A DNA stretch of 64,000 bases from Phyllobates terribilis (Eukaryota). This document shows positions 1 to 11,888 of this stretch, one piece after another. A program made the translations under genes and the position numbers. The notes below the pieces were generated by a model. It searched no databases, was not told the origin of the DNA, and saw nothing but the letters and a program-made list of their open reading frames with translations. Positions within the stretch are counted from its first letter, which is position 1. The number at the start of each line of letters is the position of its first letter. The stretch spans positions 2,976,001 to 3,040,000 of the forward strand of contig NW_027362816.1 in NCBI RefSeq assembly GCF_046119375.1, written 5' to 3'.

Positions 1-388
1 TGACATGCCAGGCTTGGCTTGTCACTCTCCACAAGCAGAAATGTTATCCCGTAGACATGATTTGTAAAGCTGAAAAGCCCAACCACATCTGCCATTGTTG
101 TATGAGCTTGTATCGTACCGTCCATACTCCGTGAATATTATATGCCTTACAGAATACATGTCTAACTCTGGCTTGTGGGCCAAATCTGGCCCGCAGGGTT
201 GTTATATTTGGCCCGCAATACCAGAACCGCCACCCCCATGTGGGGCTATTATTTGTATGGAGAACTAGGTGGGGCCCATCATACTGTATACTGGTTGACC
301 CGTGACTTAGTCCAAGTTTTTCATTTTGACCCTCTGTGTGTTGGAGCTTGATATCCCTGCCTTACAGCAATGTGCTCAGGATTATATA

Positions 389-1759
389 CACTGCTCAAAA
401 AAATAAAGGGAACACTCAAACATCTCATCCTAGATATGAATGAATGAAATATTCTCATTGAATACTTTGTTCTGTACAAAGTTGAATGTTATGACAACAA
501 AATCACACAAAAATCATCAATGGAAATCAAATTTATTAACCAATGGAGGCCCGGATTTTGAGTCACCCCCAAAATTAAAGTGGAAAAACACACTACAGGC
601 TGATCCAACTTTGATGTAATATCCTTAAAACAAGTCAAAATGAGGCTCAGTATTGTGTGTGGCCTCCACGTGCCTGTATGACCTCCCTACAACGCCTGGG
701 CATGCTCCTGATGAGGTTGCGGATGGTCTCCTGTGCGATCTCCTCCCAGACCTGGACTAAAGCATCCGCCAACTCCTGGACAGTCTGGTGCAAGGTGACA
801 TTGGTGGATGGAGCGAGACATGATGTCCCAGATGTGCACAATCGGATTCAGGTCTGGGGAACGGGCGGACCAGTCCATAGCTTCAATGCCTTCATCTTGC
901 AGGAACTGCTGACACACTCCAGCCATATGAGGTCTGGCATTGTCCTGCATTAGGAGGAACCCAGGGCCAACCGCACCAGCATATGGTCTCACAAGGGGTC
1001 TGAGGATCTCATCTCGGTACCTAATCGCAGTCTGGCGAGCACATAGAGGGCTGTGCGGCCCTCCAAAGAAATGCCACCCCACACCATTACTGACCCACTG
1101 ACAAACCGGTCATGCTGATGTTGCAGGCAGCAGATCGCTCTCCACGGCGTCTCCAGACTCTGTCACGTCTGTCACATGTGCTCAGTGTGGACCTGCTTTC
1201 ATCTGTGAAGAGCACAGGGCGCCAGTGGCGACTTTGCCAATCCTGGTGTTCTGTGGCAAATGTCAAGCGTCATGCACGGTGTTGGGCTGTGAGCACCACC
1301 CCCATCTGTGGACTTCGGGCCCTCATACCACTCTCATGGAGTCGGTTTCTAACCGTTTGTGCAGACACATGCCACAGCTCGCACTGATGTGCCATATTGG
1401 ATGAACTGCACTACCTGAGCAACTTCTGTGGGTTGTACTGTAGACACCGCCTCATGCTACTGTACCTCTAGGGGTGAGAGCAACGGCAAAATGAAAAAGT
1501 GACCAAAACAACAGCCCAAAAGGCTGAGAACAGAGAAATAGTCTGTGGTCACCACTTGCTGAACCACTCCTTTATAGGGGTATCTTGCTAATTGCCTATC
1601 ATTTCTACCAGTTGTCTGTTACATTTGCACAACAGCAGGAGAAATTGATTCACAATCAGTGTTGCTTCATAACTGGACAGGTAGATTTCACAGAAGTGTG
1701 ATTGACTTGGGAGTTACATTGTGTTGTTTAAGTGTTCCCTTTATTTTTTTTGAGCAGTG
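389..1759 (-). mobile_element. Tc1/mariner DNA transposon, defective
   Basis: TIRs CACTGCTCAAAAAAATAAAGGGAACACT / AGTGTTCCCTTTATTTTTTTTGAGCAGTG flanked by TA on both sides. Minus-strand ORF 687..1082 has QDNARPH...WSARSPDLNPIV (D-34-E spacing with the catalytic E replaced by V). Confidence 0.95.
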
Positions 1760-2211
1760 TACTTTGCCAAACTGTCTTTATCTGGTAATACACATCACAA
1801 GAAGGGGTTAAAACAATAAGAGCCCCAGTTTGTTTTCTTGAACCATATACCTTCCATAATAAAACCTTCAGATAAGCTTTAGTGGATCTCCTGAAATGAC
1901 TCTGATAGAGCAGTGGTCCCCAACCTTTTTTGCACCAGGGACCGGCTTGAAGCAAGATCATTTTTCCATGGCCCAGCAAGGAGGGGGTGGGGTGGGCGGG
2001 GCTTTGGTCATATGGGGGCGGGGTAATGGAGGGATTTGGAGTTTAGTGCATACTTATCATATAGTGTAGACCAGGTCCCCGCCAGGAGCTATGCCAGGAG
2101 CCCCACATAATGTGCTGTGCCAGGAGCCGCATCACTGAGGCCCCATCACGCCCTGCAGCAGGACAGGGCAGCTGTCCTGACAGCTGCTGTTCAGCTGCAT
2201 TTACTTCATCC

Positions 2212-3426
2212 CAGGGGCGGACACAGACTGTAGTGGGCCCCTGTGCAAGAAATTTTTGGGGGCCCCCCCCGCCCTTCATAAGGCAACAAAGTTATGTAAA
2301 CATAACCCCCCCATGTGCATCTCTCACCCCCCCATGTGCAGCTCACCCCCGTGCATCTCTCATCCCCCTCCGTGCATCTCTCATCCCCCTCCGTGCATCT
2401 CTCATCCACCCCCCGTGCATCTCTCATCCCCTCCGTGCATCTCTCATCCCCCCCGTGCATCTCTCACCCCCCCGTGCATCTCTCATCCACCCCCCGTGCA
2501 TCTCTCATCCCCCCCGTGCATCTCTCACCCCCCCGTGCATCTCTCATCCACCCCCCGTGCATCTCTCATCCCCCCCGTGCATCTCTCATCCCCTCCGTGC
2601 ATCTCTCATCCCCCCGTGCATCTCTCATCCCCCCGTGCATCTCTCATCCCCCCGTGCATCTCTCATCCCCCCCGTGCATCTCTCACCCCCCCGTGCATCT
2701 CTCATCCCCCCCGTGCATCTCTCATCCCCCTCCGTGCATCTCTCACCCCCCCGTGCATCTCTCATCCCCTCCGTGCATCTCTCATCCCCCCCGTGCATCT
2801 CTCACCCCCCCGTGCATCTCTCACCCCCCCGTGCATCTCTCACCCCCCCGTGCATCTCTCATCTCTCCCCTCCCTCCCATGTGCATCTCTCATCTCTCCC
2901 CTCCCCCCATGTGCATCTCTCATCTCTCCCCTCCCCCCATGTGGATCTCTCATCTCTCCCCTCCCCATGTGCATCTCTCATCTCTCCCCTCCCCCCCATG
3001 TGGATCTCTCATCTCTCCCCTCCCCCATGTGCATCTCTCATCTCTCCCCTCCCCCCATGTGCATCTCCCATTCCTAGTTAATTGTATTTAAAAAAAAATA
3101 AAACTTGTTATACTTACCCCCATGCGATCCTTGCAGAATCCTGGCGCTCGTCCAAATCGCTGACACCAGGTTCTCCTGACTTCCGGCCATGTGACGGCGC
3201 CGTCACATGACCGGAAGTCAGGGGAATCATGAAGGTGCTGCCGCAGCAGCGCAGCGCTTAGATGTCCCGGACCCGGCGCTTAGCATGCGGCCGGGGGCCC
3301 CATGAGGAGAGAGACGCACAAGAGGGGGGCTCCGAGGGGGCTCCTACCGGCCGGGCCCCATACTGGAGTCAGGGCAGTCATGCCCTGATGGCGGCCCTGC
3401 TGGAGGCTGGAGGGGCCCCCTCTCCC
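2212..3426. mobile_element. Nested MITE of the 59031..60089 family, right end missing
   Basis: Starts CAGGGGCGGACACAGACTG, the reverse complement of the 60089 end. Homology continues to about 3426, then switches to the outer element's right end. Confidence 0.85.
2310..3070. repeat. C-rich minisatellite, ~19-22 bp unit GTGCATCTCTCATCCCCCC
   Basis: Tandem array seen directly. It explains the low-complexity ORFs 2110..3091. Confidence 0.95.
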
Positions 3427-3864
3427 CGCGGACCGGCTGAAAAACCCCAACGGCCCGGTCCTGGTCCGCGGACCGGCGGTTGGGGACCTCTGTGATAGAG
3501 GACTCAAACCTGCACTATGTCTACAAGACTGAAGAATGTTCAAGTTACCTCTGTGTCAAAAGAACTGGGGTCAATATGGAGAGTTGTGTCCAGTATAGCT
3601 GCATTTAATCTGTAGTAGTCACTACAAATTACTTGTGAGGCCACATCTAGAATGTGGGATCCAGTTTTGGGCTTCACATTTTAAAACAGTTATTCGGAAG
3701 TTAGAGTCAGTTCAGAGGCAGCAGCTAGATTATTACAAGGGACGGAGACTTCTCATATGTTGAGAGGTTGGAAAAGTTGGGCTTTTTTAGCTTAGAAAAA
3801 CGAAGCCTCAGAGGAGATCTCACTTATATGTATAAATACATGTGAGATCAATACAAAGGACTTG

Positions 3865-4673
3865 TGTAATGGGATGGGTGGTGGAGCCACTGTGCCGTGG
3901 TGCAAGGAGAGACTCGGGAAAATAACTAGGGACCTCACGAAATTCAACTTCGATGTACAGCGGCTTGACTACTCCATGACCCAAGGAGGGGCGAGGAAGG
4001 TGGACCAGGTGCTAATCCGGGTCTGACCTCGGGAAGATAGCAACTGACCCCCAAGGGACAGGAGGCAGGAACAGGCGGGCACGGCTGGTAGACTGGCAGG
4101 CGGGCACGGTTGGTAGACAGGCTGACGGACAGGCAGGTAAATGGAGATACATGCACTGGGACCTGAGAACTAACAAGAGTGTTTAGCAAACAAATTTACA
4201 ACGTTGCACAGGCACCTCCATGTTGGAGGAGGTGCCTTAAGTAGTTTATTTTATTTATTTTACTCACTTACATAGCGCCATTAATTCCACAGCGTTTTAC
4301 AGACATTATGGGCACTGTCCCCATTGGGGCTCACAATCTACATTCCCTATGATTATGTCTTTTGGAGTATGTGAGGAAACCGGAGAACCAGGAGGAAACC
4401 CACACAAACTCCTTGCAGATGTTGTCTTTTTAGTGTAATCCAACCATTGGCCAGGGACATTCAGCATGGCGTGCGGCCCCTTAAGAGGCAGGAAGTGCGC
4501 GTGCCCCCCCAAGCACAGTACTCGGGGATCTGTTAGTTGTGCGTGTACCCCGGGCAGTGTCAGTGTGTAAGGAGGACGGAGGAGTGGAACACTCTTAGCG
4601 GGGGCTGTGGCAGTAAGGGGGTCGGCGTCTCTGCCACAGGAGAGGGGCAGGAGGCAGAGACGCAGGCGCTACA
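3865..4673. mobile_element. Solo LTR
   Basis: TGT...ACA termini and a 5-bp TSD ACTTG (3860..3864, 4674..4678). Confidence 0.85.
4245..4426 (-). mobile_element. V-SINE-like fragment with L2-type tail, nested in the solo LTR
   Basis: GAGGAAACCGGAGAACCAGGAGGAAACCCAC (reverse complement of the V-SINE central domain), tail TGTAAAACGCTGTGGAATTAATGGCGCTATG and A-rich end on the minus strand. Confidence 0.7.
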
Positions 4674-5799
4674 ACTTGCACATGACTTATTCCTTCCAAG
4701 AACCAGGGGCACTCATTACGTTTGGAGGAGAGGAGATTCCGGCAGCTAAATAGGAAAGGGTTCTTTACAGTTAGAGCAGTCAGACTGTGGAATGCCGACC
4801 ACAAGAGGTAGTAATGGCAGACACTAGAACAGTTTTTAAAAAATGGCTGGATGTTTTTATCACAACAAATGGCATTGTGGGTTTTAAATAAACTAGCGAT
4901 AGAGAACGTATAACTGGTGGAGGAAGGTTGACCTTGATGGACCGGAGTCTTTATTCTAACAATCTATATAACACCAGCTACTTAAGCTCGGCTACTATTC
5001 TTTGCGGCCACTGCAGCTCAGCTCCATTGCAGTGACTGACAGAGGGCGGAAATGTAGAGGGAGAAATTGTGCGAATGCCTGTACAGGTCGAATAAACTTG
5101 TTCATAAAATCTGTTATGGCAATCTGCCAACAGCAGGGGGTGCCATTGCGCCCAGGCGTTGTGATGGGAGGGAATAAAGGAGACCACAACCCGGTGATGC
5201 TCAGCAAGAGTCCCTCACTCTGGGAGGGTCAAGAGTATATTTTTATAGGTTTTCCAAGGGGGTTTCCAGAACTGGGGCCCCTCTACAAAGACACTCAATT
5301 GTCTAATTAATCCAGTAGTCTTACTTAATTGGTTACACCCAGTTATGCAACATTACATCTATTACTTATCTACTTTAACATAATACTCTTGGCAGGTGGC
5401 CATCATCATCTCAAGTTCACTTTAAGCAAAGTCATTCTTGTTCTTAAAGTTATATGAAGCTCTCAACCGCCATCTTGGATATCTGTATGTCGCAGCAGAA
5501 ATTCTTCTTAGCACAAAGTCTTATATAATTCAAACACATCACACAATTAATATAAGAATCTGTTCCTTCACAAAATCCTTGCGAAAAGCGCGATATCCAT
5601 TGAAGATGTTGATTATGGTTAAGTGAATCAGCTGCTCAGTGGAACTCTCTCTCATAGTAATGGTTATCTCATTCAGTTGAGTAGGATGGTACGTCAAGAG
5701 GAGGCAAGAACATATACAAGAGAGCAGAAAGTAGTCATAGCTAAGATTGTAACTTTCATTACTGATGCTTTGCAGAGGTGAAATCTAGTACCATTGGAT

Positions 5800-6520
5800 G
5801 AGAGACTTGGGGAGGAAACCTGAATCAAATTAATTTGGAATGGAAAATCTGTGAATCTGAGGAAGTTGGCAAAATTCTGCTTTGACTTCCACATAAAGAC
5901 AGCTATTTATGAAGTGCAACCAAAAGAGTCATTCCACATACAGTTCCTGATGGTTTAATGGGAATGACTCCAAAACATTTACTAGGTGTCCATCATTTTT
6001 GAAGGTTGGTACTGTAAAATCTTTGGAAGTGCACCCCAGCCACCACCATGCTTCACCGTAGGCAGGGTGTTCTTTTTAGCATTTGCTTCATTCATCCTCT
6101 TTCAATAATACTTTTATCCATAGGCCTGAAAATGTTCTGTTTTGTTTCATCGCTCGACAGGACAGAATCCCAAAATTCCTGTGACTTATTGACATGATTT
6201 TGACACTATTAGAGCTGACAACTCTGGTCAGTGAAGGTGTACTTCTTGGAGATGGGTCATGTTTCCTTCAAGTCCAGGTAATGTAGTCAGTGTTCCTGGG
6301 ACTTTGAATGTTTTTAGAGTTACAGCTGGAAGCAGTCTTTACAAGTTCAATATCTTTGCAATTCTTTTGTATTCTTTTCCTTGTTTCCACTAAGCAATGG
6401 TCTCTTCACAACTTTTTCAACCACTCTCGAGAACACAAGAATATTAATGAACCAAAGGGAGTTAACCATAAAGACTGGGCTAAGATTCCTCAGGAATGAG
6501 GCAAAACCGATGTCTGGGTA
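5800..6520 (-). mobile_element. Highly degenerate Tc1 transposase remnant
   Basis: CCACCACCATGCTTCACCGTAGG (reverse complement encodes the TVKHGGG motif). No TIRs found, boundaries approximate. Confidence 0.6.
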
Positions 6521-8234
6521 TGTGGGTATGTAGCAATGTTTACAGCTGGTGATAACTGCCATAATGATAATAATTTTTATTTTTATAGCGCCAACATATT
6601 CTGCAGCACTTTACAATTTTAGGGGGACTTATACAGACAATACAGACGTTACAAAATAAGCATAACTCATATCAAAAGGAGTGAGGGCCCTGCTTGCAAG
6701 CTTACAGTCTATGAGGACATAGGGGGGGCACAAAAGGTATCATGTACATATGTTATATAATATAGCCATAATATACTAAATAGGGTATGTACATAACACT
6801 ACATGAACTGTTCGCCAGTCAGTACGTGTACATTACAGACTATTATGTGCATGAATGGTATGAATTTGAAGAAAATTTTAATATGGGCTAAACTAGGACA
6901 GTTAGATAAGTATGTTAAGGCGATAGGCCAGTCTAAAGAAATGGGTTTTTAGGGCACACTTAAAACTGTGGGTATTGGGAATTAATCGAATTGTCCTGAG
7001 TAGTGCATTCCAAAGAATTGGCGCAACACATGAGAAATCTTGGAGACGAGAGTGGGAAGTTCGGAGGATTTTAGTTTAAAGTCATTGGCAGAACAGAGGG
7101 CATGGGTAGGGTGGTGACTGCGATGAGGGAGGAGATGTAGGGCGGTGCTGAAGCATGGAGCGCTTTGTGAGTAAGCGTGATAAGTTTATATTGAACTCTG
7201 TATTGGATGGGCATAGGGAACAGGCATCGGTGTAGCGGTTGGAGAGGAATATGATCCTGGCTGTTGCATTAAGGACGGATTGGAGATGGGAAAGTTTAGA
7301 AAGAGGGAGACCGATTAGTAAAAAAGTTGCAGTAGTCCAGGCGAGAATGAATAAGAGCTACAGTAAGAGTTTTTGCCGAGTCAAAGGTAAGAAAAGTTAT
7401 GAGTCTAGAGATGTTTTTGAGGTGTAGATGACATGAACGAACGAGTGATTTGATGTGAGGAACGAAGGAAAAATCTGAATCAAACATGACCCCAAGACAG
7501 CGGGCATGTTGCTGGGAGTAAAGGTAGAGCCACAAACGGAAATAGCAATAAAGGGCACAGGTAGGTTAGTGGAGGGAGGAAATACAAGTAGTTCAGTTTT
7601 TGGCAGATTCAGTTTTAGATAGAGGGAGGACATACTGTTAGAGACAGCGGAAAGACAATCACTGGTCTTTTGTAATAATGCAGGGGTGATATCTGGAGCA
7701 GAGGTTTATAATTGGGTGTCATCAGCATAGAGATGGTACTGAAAATCAAATCTGCTGATTATTTGTCCAATAGGAGCAGTGTATAAGGAGAAAAGAAGGG
7801 GGCCTAGGACTGATCCTTGAGGAACACCGACAGTAAGGGGAAGGAGAGAGGAGGAGGAGCGGTCAGAGAGGTAGGAGAACCAGGAGAGAACAGTGTCGTT
7901 GAGGCAAAAATAGTGAGGAGCATAGTGAGCAGGAGCTGGCGATCCACAGTGTTGAATGCTGCAAAGAGATCCAGGAGAATCAGCAGGGAGTAGTGGCCAT
8001 TAGATTTAGCTGTTAGTAGATCATTAGAGACTTTAGGGAGTGCAGTTTCAGTAGAGTCTAAAGAGCGGAAACCAGATTGGTAAGGGTCAAGAAGAGAGTT
8101 ATCTGAGAGATAGCGGATTAGACGGGAGTGGACCAGGCATTCCAGGAGTTTAGAGATAAAGGGAAGATTGGAAACAGGTCTGTAGTTAGCAGCGCAGTTC
8201 TGGTCAAGGGATAGTTTTTTAAGTAATAGATGTA

Positions 8235-9865
8235 CAGTACAGACCAAAAGTTTGGACACACCTTCTCATTTAAAGATTTTTCTGTATTTTCATGACTTTG
8301 AAAATTGTACATTCACACTGAAGGCATCAAAACTATGAATTACCACATGTGGAATTATATACTTAACAAAAAAGTGTGAAACAACTGAAAATATGTCTTA
8401 TATTCTAGGTTCTTCAAAGTAGCCACCTTTTGCTTTGATGACTGCATTGCACACTCTTGGCATTCTCTTGATGAGCTTCTAGAGGTAGTCACCGGAAATG
8501 GTTTTCACTTCACAGGCGTGCCCTGTCAGGTTTAATAAGTGGGATTTCTTGCCTTATAAATGGGGTTGGGACCATCAGTTGTGTTGTGCAGAAGTCAGGT
8601 GGATACACAGCTGATAGTCCTACTGAATAGACTGTTAGAATTTGTATTATGGCAAGAAAAAAGCAGCTAAGTAAAGAAAAACGCGTGGCCATCATTACTT
8701 TAAGAAATGAAGGTCAGTCAGTCCCAAAAACTAGGCAAACTATGAAAGTGTCCCCAAGTGCAGTTGCAAAAACCATCAAGCGCTACAAAGAAACTTGCTC
8801 ACATGAGGACCACCCCAGGAAAGGAAGACCAAGAGTCACCTCTGCTTCTGAGGATAAGTTTATCCGAGTCACCAGCCTCAGAAATCACAGGTTAACAGCA
8901 GCTCAGATTAGAAACCAGATCAATGCCACACAGAGTTCTAGCAGCAGACACATCTCTACAACAACTGTTAAGGAGGAGACTTTGTGCAGCCGGCCTTCAT
9001 GGTAAAATAGCTGCTAGGAAACCACTGCTAAGGACAGGCAACAAGCAGAAGAGACTTGTTTGGGCTAAAGAACACAAGAAATGGACATTAGACCAGTGGA
9101 AATCTGTGCTTTGGTCTGATGAGTCCAAATTTGAGATCTTTGGTTCCAACCACCGTGTCTTTGTGCGACGCAGAAAAGGTGAACGGATGGACTCTACATG
9201 CTTGGTTCCCACCGTGAAGCATGGAGGAGGAGGTGTGATGGTGTGGGGGTGCTTTGCTGGTGACACTGTTGGGGATTTATTCAAAATTGAAGGCATACTG
9301 AACCAGCATGGCTACCACAGCATCTTGCAGCGGCATGCTATTCTATCCGGTTTGCGTTTAGTTGGACCATCATTTATTTTTCAACAGGACAATGACCCCA
9401 AACACACCTCCAAGCTGTGTAAGGGCTATCTGACCAAGAAGGAGAGTGATGGGGTGCTACGCCAGATGACCTGGCCTCCACAGTCACCAGACCTGAACCC
9501 AATCGAGATGGTTTGGGGTGAGCTGGACCGCAGAGTGAAGGCAAAAGGGCCAACAAGTGCTAAGCATCTCTGGGAACTTCTTCAAGATTGTTGGAAGACC
9601 ATTTCCGGTGACTACCTCTTGAAGCTCATCAAGAGAATGCCAAGAGTGTGCAAAGCAGTAATCAAAGCTATATGTGGCTACTTTGAAGAACCTAGGATAT
9701 AAGACATATTTTCAGTTGTTTCACACTTTTTTGTTAAGTATATAATTCCACATGTGTTAATTCATAGTTTTGATGCCTTCAGTGTGAATGTACATTTTTC
9801 ATGGTCATGAAAATAGAGAAAAATCTTTAAATGAGATGGTGTGTCCAAACTTTTGGTCTGTACTG
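8235..9865 (+). mobile_element. Tc1-superfamily transposon, DD38E (Intruder-type), near intact
   Basis: TA TSDs, ~190-bp TIRs starting CAGTACAGACCAAAAGTTTGGACACACC, and a transposase with a single frameshift. There are 38 residues between the second D and the E. Confidence 0.95.
8649..9702 (+). pseudogene. Transposase (paired HTH + DDE) with one +1 frameshift near 8971
   Basis: ORFs 8649..9005 (MARKKQLS...GRPR) and 8923..9702 (WSDESK, TVKHGGG, QQDNDPKH, SPDLNPIE) join if one G is removed from GTTAAGGAGGAGAC. Confidence 0.9.
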
Positions 9866-11759
9866 TATGCTGGCGTGTTTAAAAGAGGAGGGGAAAAATA
9901 CCAGATGAGAGGGAGAGGTTGAATATTTTAGGTAGGTGAGTGGTGACAGCTGGAGAAAGGGACTGAAGAAGATGTGAGGGAATAGGGTCACTGGTGCAGG
10001 TGGTAGGGCCAGAAGATACAAGGAGCCTGGTCACTTCTTCCGTGACTGCATCTTGCTCATTTTCTGACTTTGAACCAATGTTGGAGGGAGGAGCATGCAT
10101 AACATTTGGGGATTGGGAGAAAATTTCCTATCGGATATGGTCAAATTTTTCTTTGAAATAATTGGCCAGATTTTCAGCGCTGAGGTCGGTGGTCGAGGCC
10201 TGTGCTGTTTGATTAAGGAGAGAATGAAAAGTGTCATAGAGGTGTTCAGGATTATTGGACAATAAGATGATGAAGTTGTTAAAGTTGGTTTGTTTGGAGA
10301 GGTGAAGGGCGGAGTTATATGTTTTAAGCATAAATTCATAATGGATGAAATCTTCGGCCAGGTTAGATTTTCAACACAGCCGTTCAGCGCACCTGGAGCA
10401 CCGCTAGAGAAAACGTGTTTGCGGCGTGTGCCAGGGTTGTTGCCATCTATGCCGAGTTGTTCTAAGTGTAGGAGGTGCGGCTTCATCCAGGGCGCATTAC
10501 AATATTTCGTTATAGTGCTTCAGTGCAGGGTCAGGACATGAGAGGGAGGAGATTGGGGCAAATGATGATTGCAACGTTTTCATAAATCTCTGGGTGTTAA
10601 TGGCGCATATATTTCTATAAGTGTGGAAAGTGGGGGTGTCATGAGTGGGGTTACAGTTCTTGACAGATAATGAAAGAAGGTTGTGGTTAGAGAGCGGAAG
10701 AGGAGAGTTAATAAAGTCATGTACTGAGCATAGCCGGGAGAAGATCAGGTCCAGTGTGTTCCCGTCTTCATGTGTAGGAGAATTAGTAAGTTGTGAAAGG
10801 CCGAAGTAAAAGGTTAGCGATAAAAGATGAGCGAAAGATGGGGAAAGGGGATCGCCAATTGGGATGTTAAAGTCCCCCACGATGAGAGTGGGGATGTCAC
10901 AAGATAGAAAATTTGGAAGCCAAGTGGAAAAGTGATCCAGAAACTGATGGGAGGTGCCCGGAGGGTGATACATACATGCCAGTCACAGGGAGAAAGGCCG
11001 GTAGAGTCTGACAGTCTGGACCTCAAAAAGAAGGGAAGATAAGGGAGGGGTACTGGGGGAAAAAGTGCATTTTGTTGAAAGGAGCAGACCAACACCTCCG
11101 CCTGATCTGTTGTTAGTTCTCGGGGTATGAGAGAAGTGTAGGCCACCATATGAGAGAGAGCAGCAGCGGCGGTGGTATCTGACTACTGAATCCATGTTTC
11201 AGTGAGAACAAGAAGGTTAAGGGAATTGAGAGGAAAAAGTCATGGATGTAGGAGAGTTTATTACATGCTGACTGCACATTTCAAAGGGCACAATTGAAAG
11301 AGACAGAAGGCATGCAAGGAATATTAATGAGGTTAGCAGGGTTTCTGAATGTAGCAGGGAAAGGGTTCTACTAAGTACTCAAGATGCAGCTCATGAAGGG
11401 ATGGAATCATTCTTGGATGGCAGGAGTCATTAAATGTGCAATTTTGTGGTGAATTTAGAGAAACCACATGTTATATTAGTTGTGTTGAGCTTTTTATATT
11501 GTTCCTGTTTCATTAGTTTATTGCAAACAGCAAAACGGGTTTGGAAATAAAAGGAATTTGGAAAGGAAGTTGAATAATTTTTATTGCAACTATATGTATA
11601 ATAATTACTTTTATATTTGGCAGCACTTTACAATGCACAGGGTACTTGTACAAATAAGACTTTTCCATAGAATAAGCTTGGTTATTATTCAAGGCAGCTC
11701 ATAAAATGGTAGAGACAGAATCTAAAAATAAAAAACAGAAAATCCCATTGTATGATTTT

Positions 11760-11888
11760 TGCATAATTAATTTGCATTTTATTGCATGATATAAGTATTT
11801 GATCACCCACCAACTAGAAAGAATTCTGCTGGTTTTTCTTTAAGAAGCCCTCCTACACTGCATTCATAACCTGTATTAATTACACCTA
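11760..11888. mobile_element. Tc1 sub-terminal fragment fused to the 3' end of ZNF gene A
   Basis: ATAAGTATTTG...TTTAAGAAGCCCTCCT...CATTCATAACCTGTATTAATTACACCT resembles 45955..46065 of the Tc1 at 45766. Confidence 0.7.

Larger units (their letters stand above)
1911..3492. mobile_element. Composite non-autonomous hAT element (MITE)
   Basis: TIRs CAGTGGTCCCCAACC / GGTTGGGGACCTCTG, perfect 8-bp TSD TGATAGAG (1903..1910, 3493..3500). Confidence 0.93.
3500..4975 (+). mobile_element. CR1 LINE 3' fragment, interrupted by a solo LTR
   Basis: Degenerate ORF2 C-terminal motifs (RPHLE..QFW, ERL..LGLFSLEKR.LRGDL, RTRGH, RKGFFTVRAVRLWN) on both sides of the 3865..4673 insertion, followed by a CR1-like tail. 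Confidence 0.85.
6567..11550 (-). mobile_element. L2 LINE, degenerate, split by the Tc1 at 8235..9865
   Basis: APE fragments (HTPR...GGGVGLLL; GDFNI; DLIFSR), RT fragments ([16 protein letters not shown]; [12 protein letters not shown]; [14 protein letters not shown]; ALIHSRLDYCN), and an L2 tail with (ATT)n near 6570. The 5' boundary is approximate. Confidence 0.9.
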
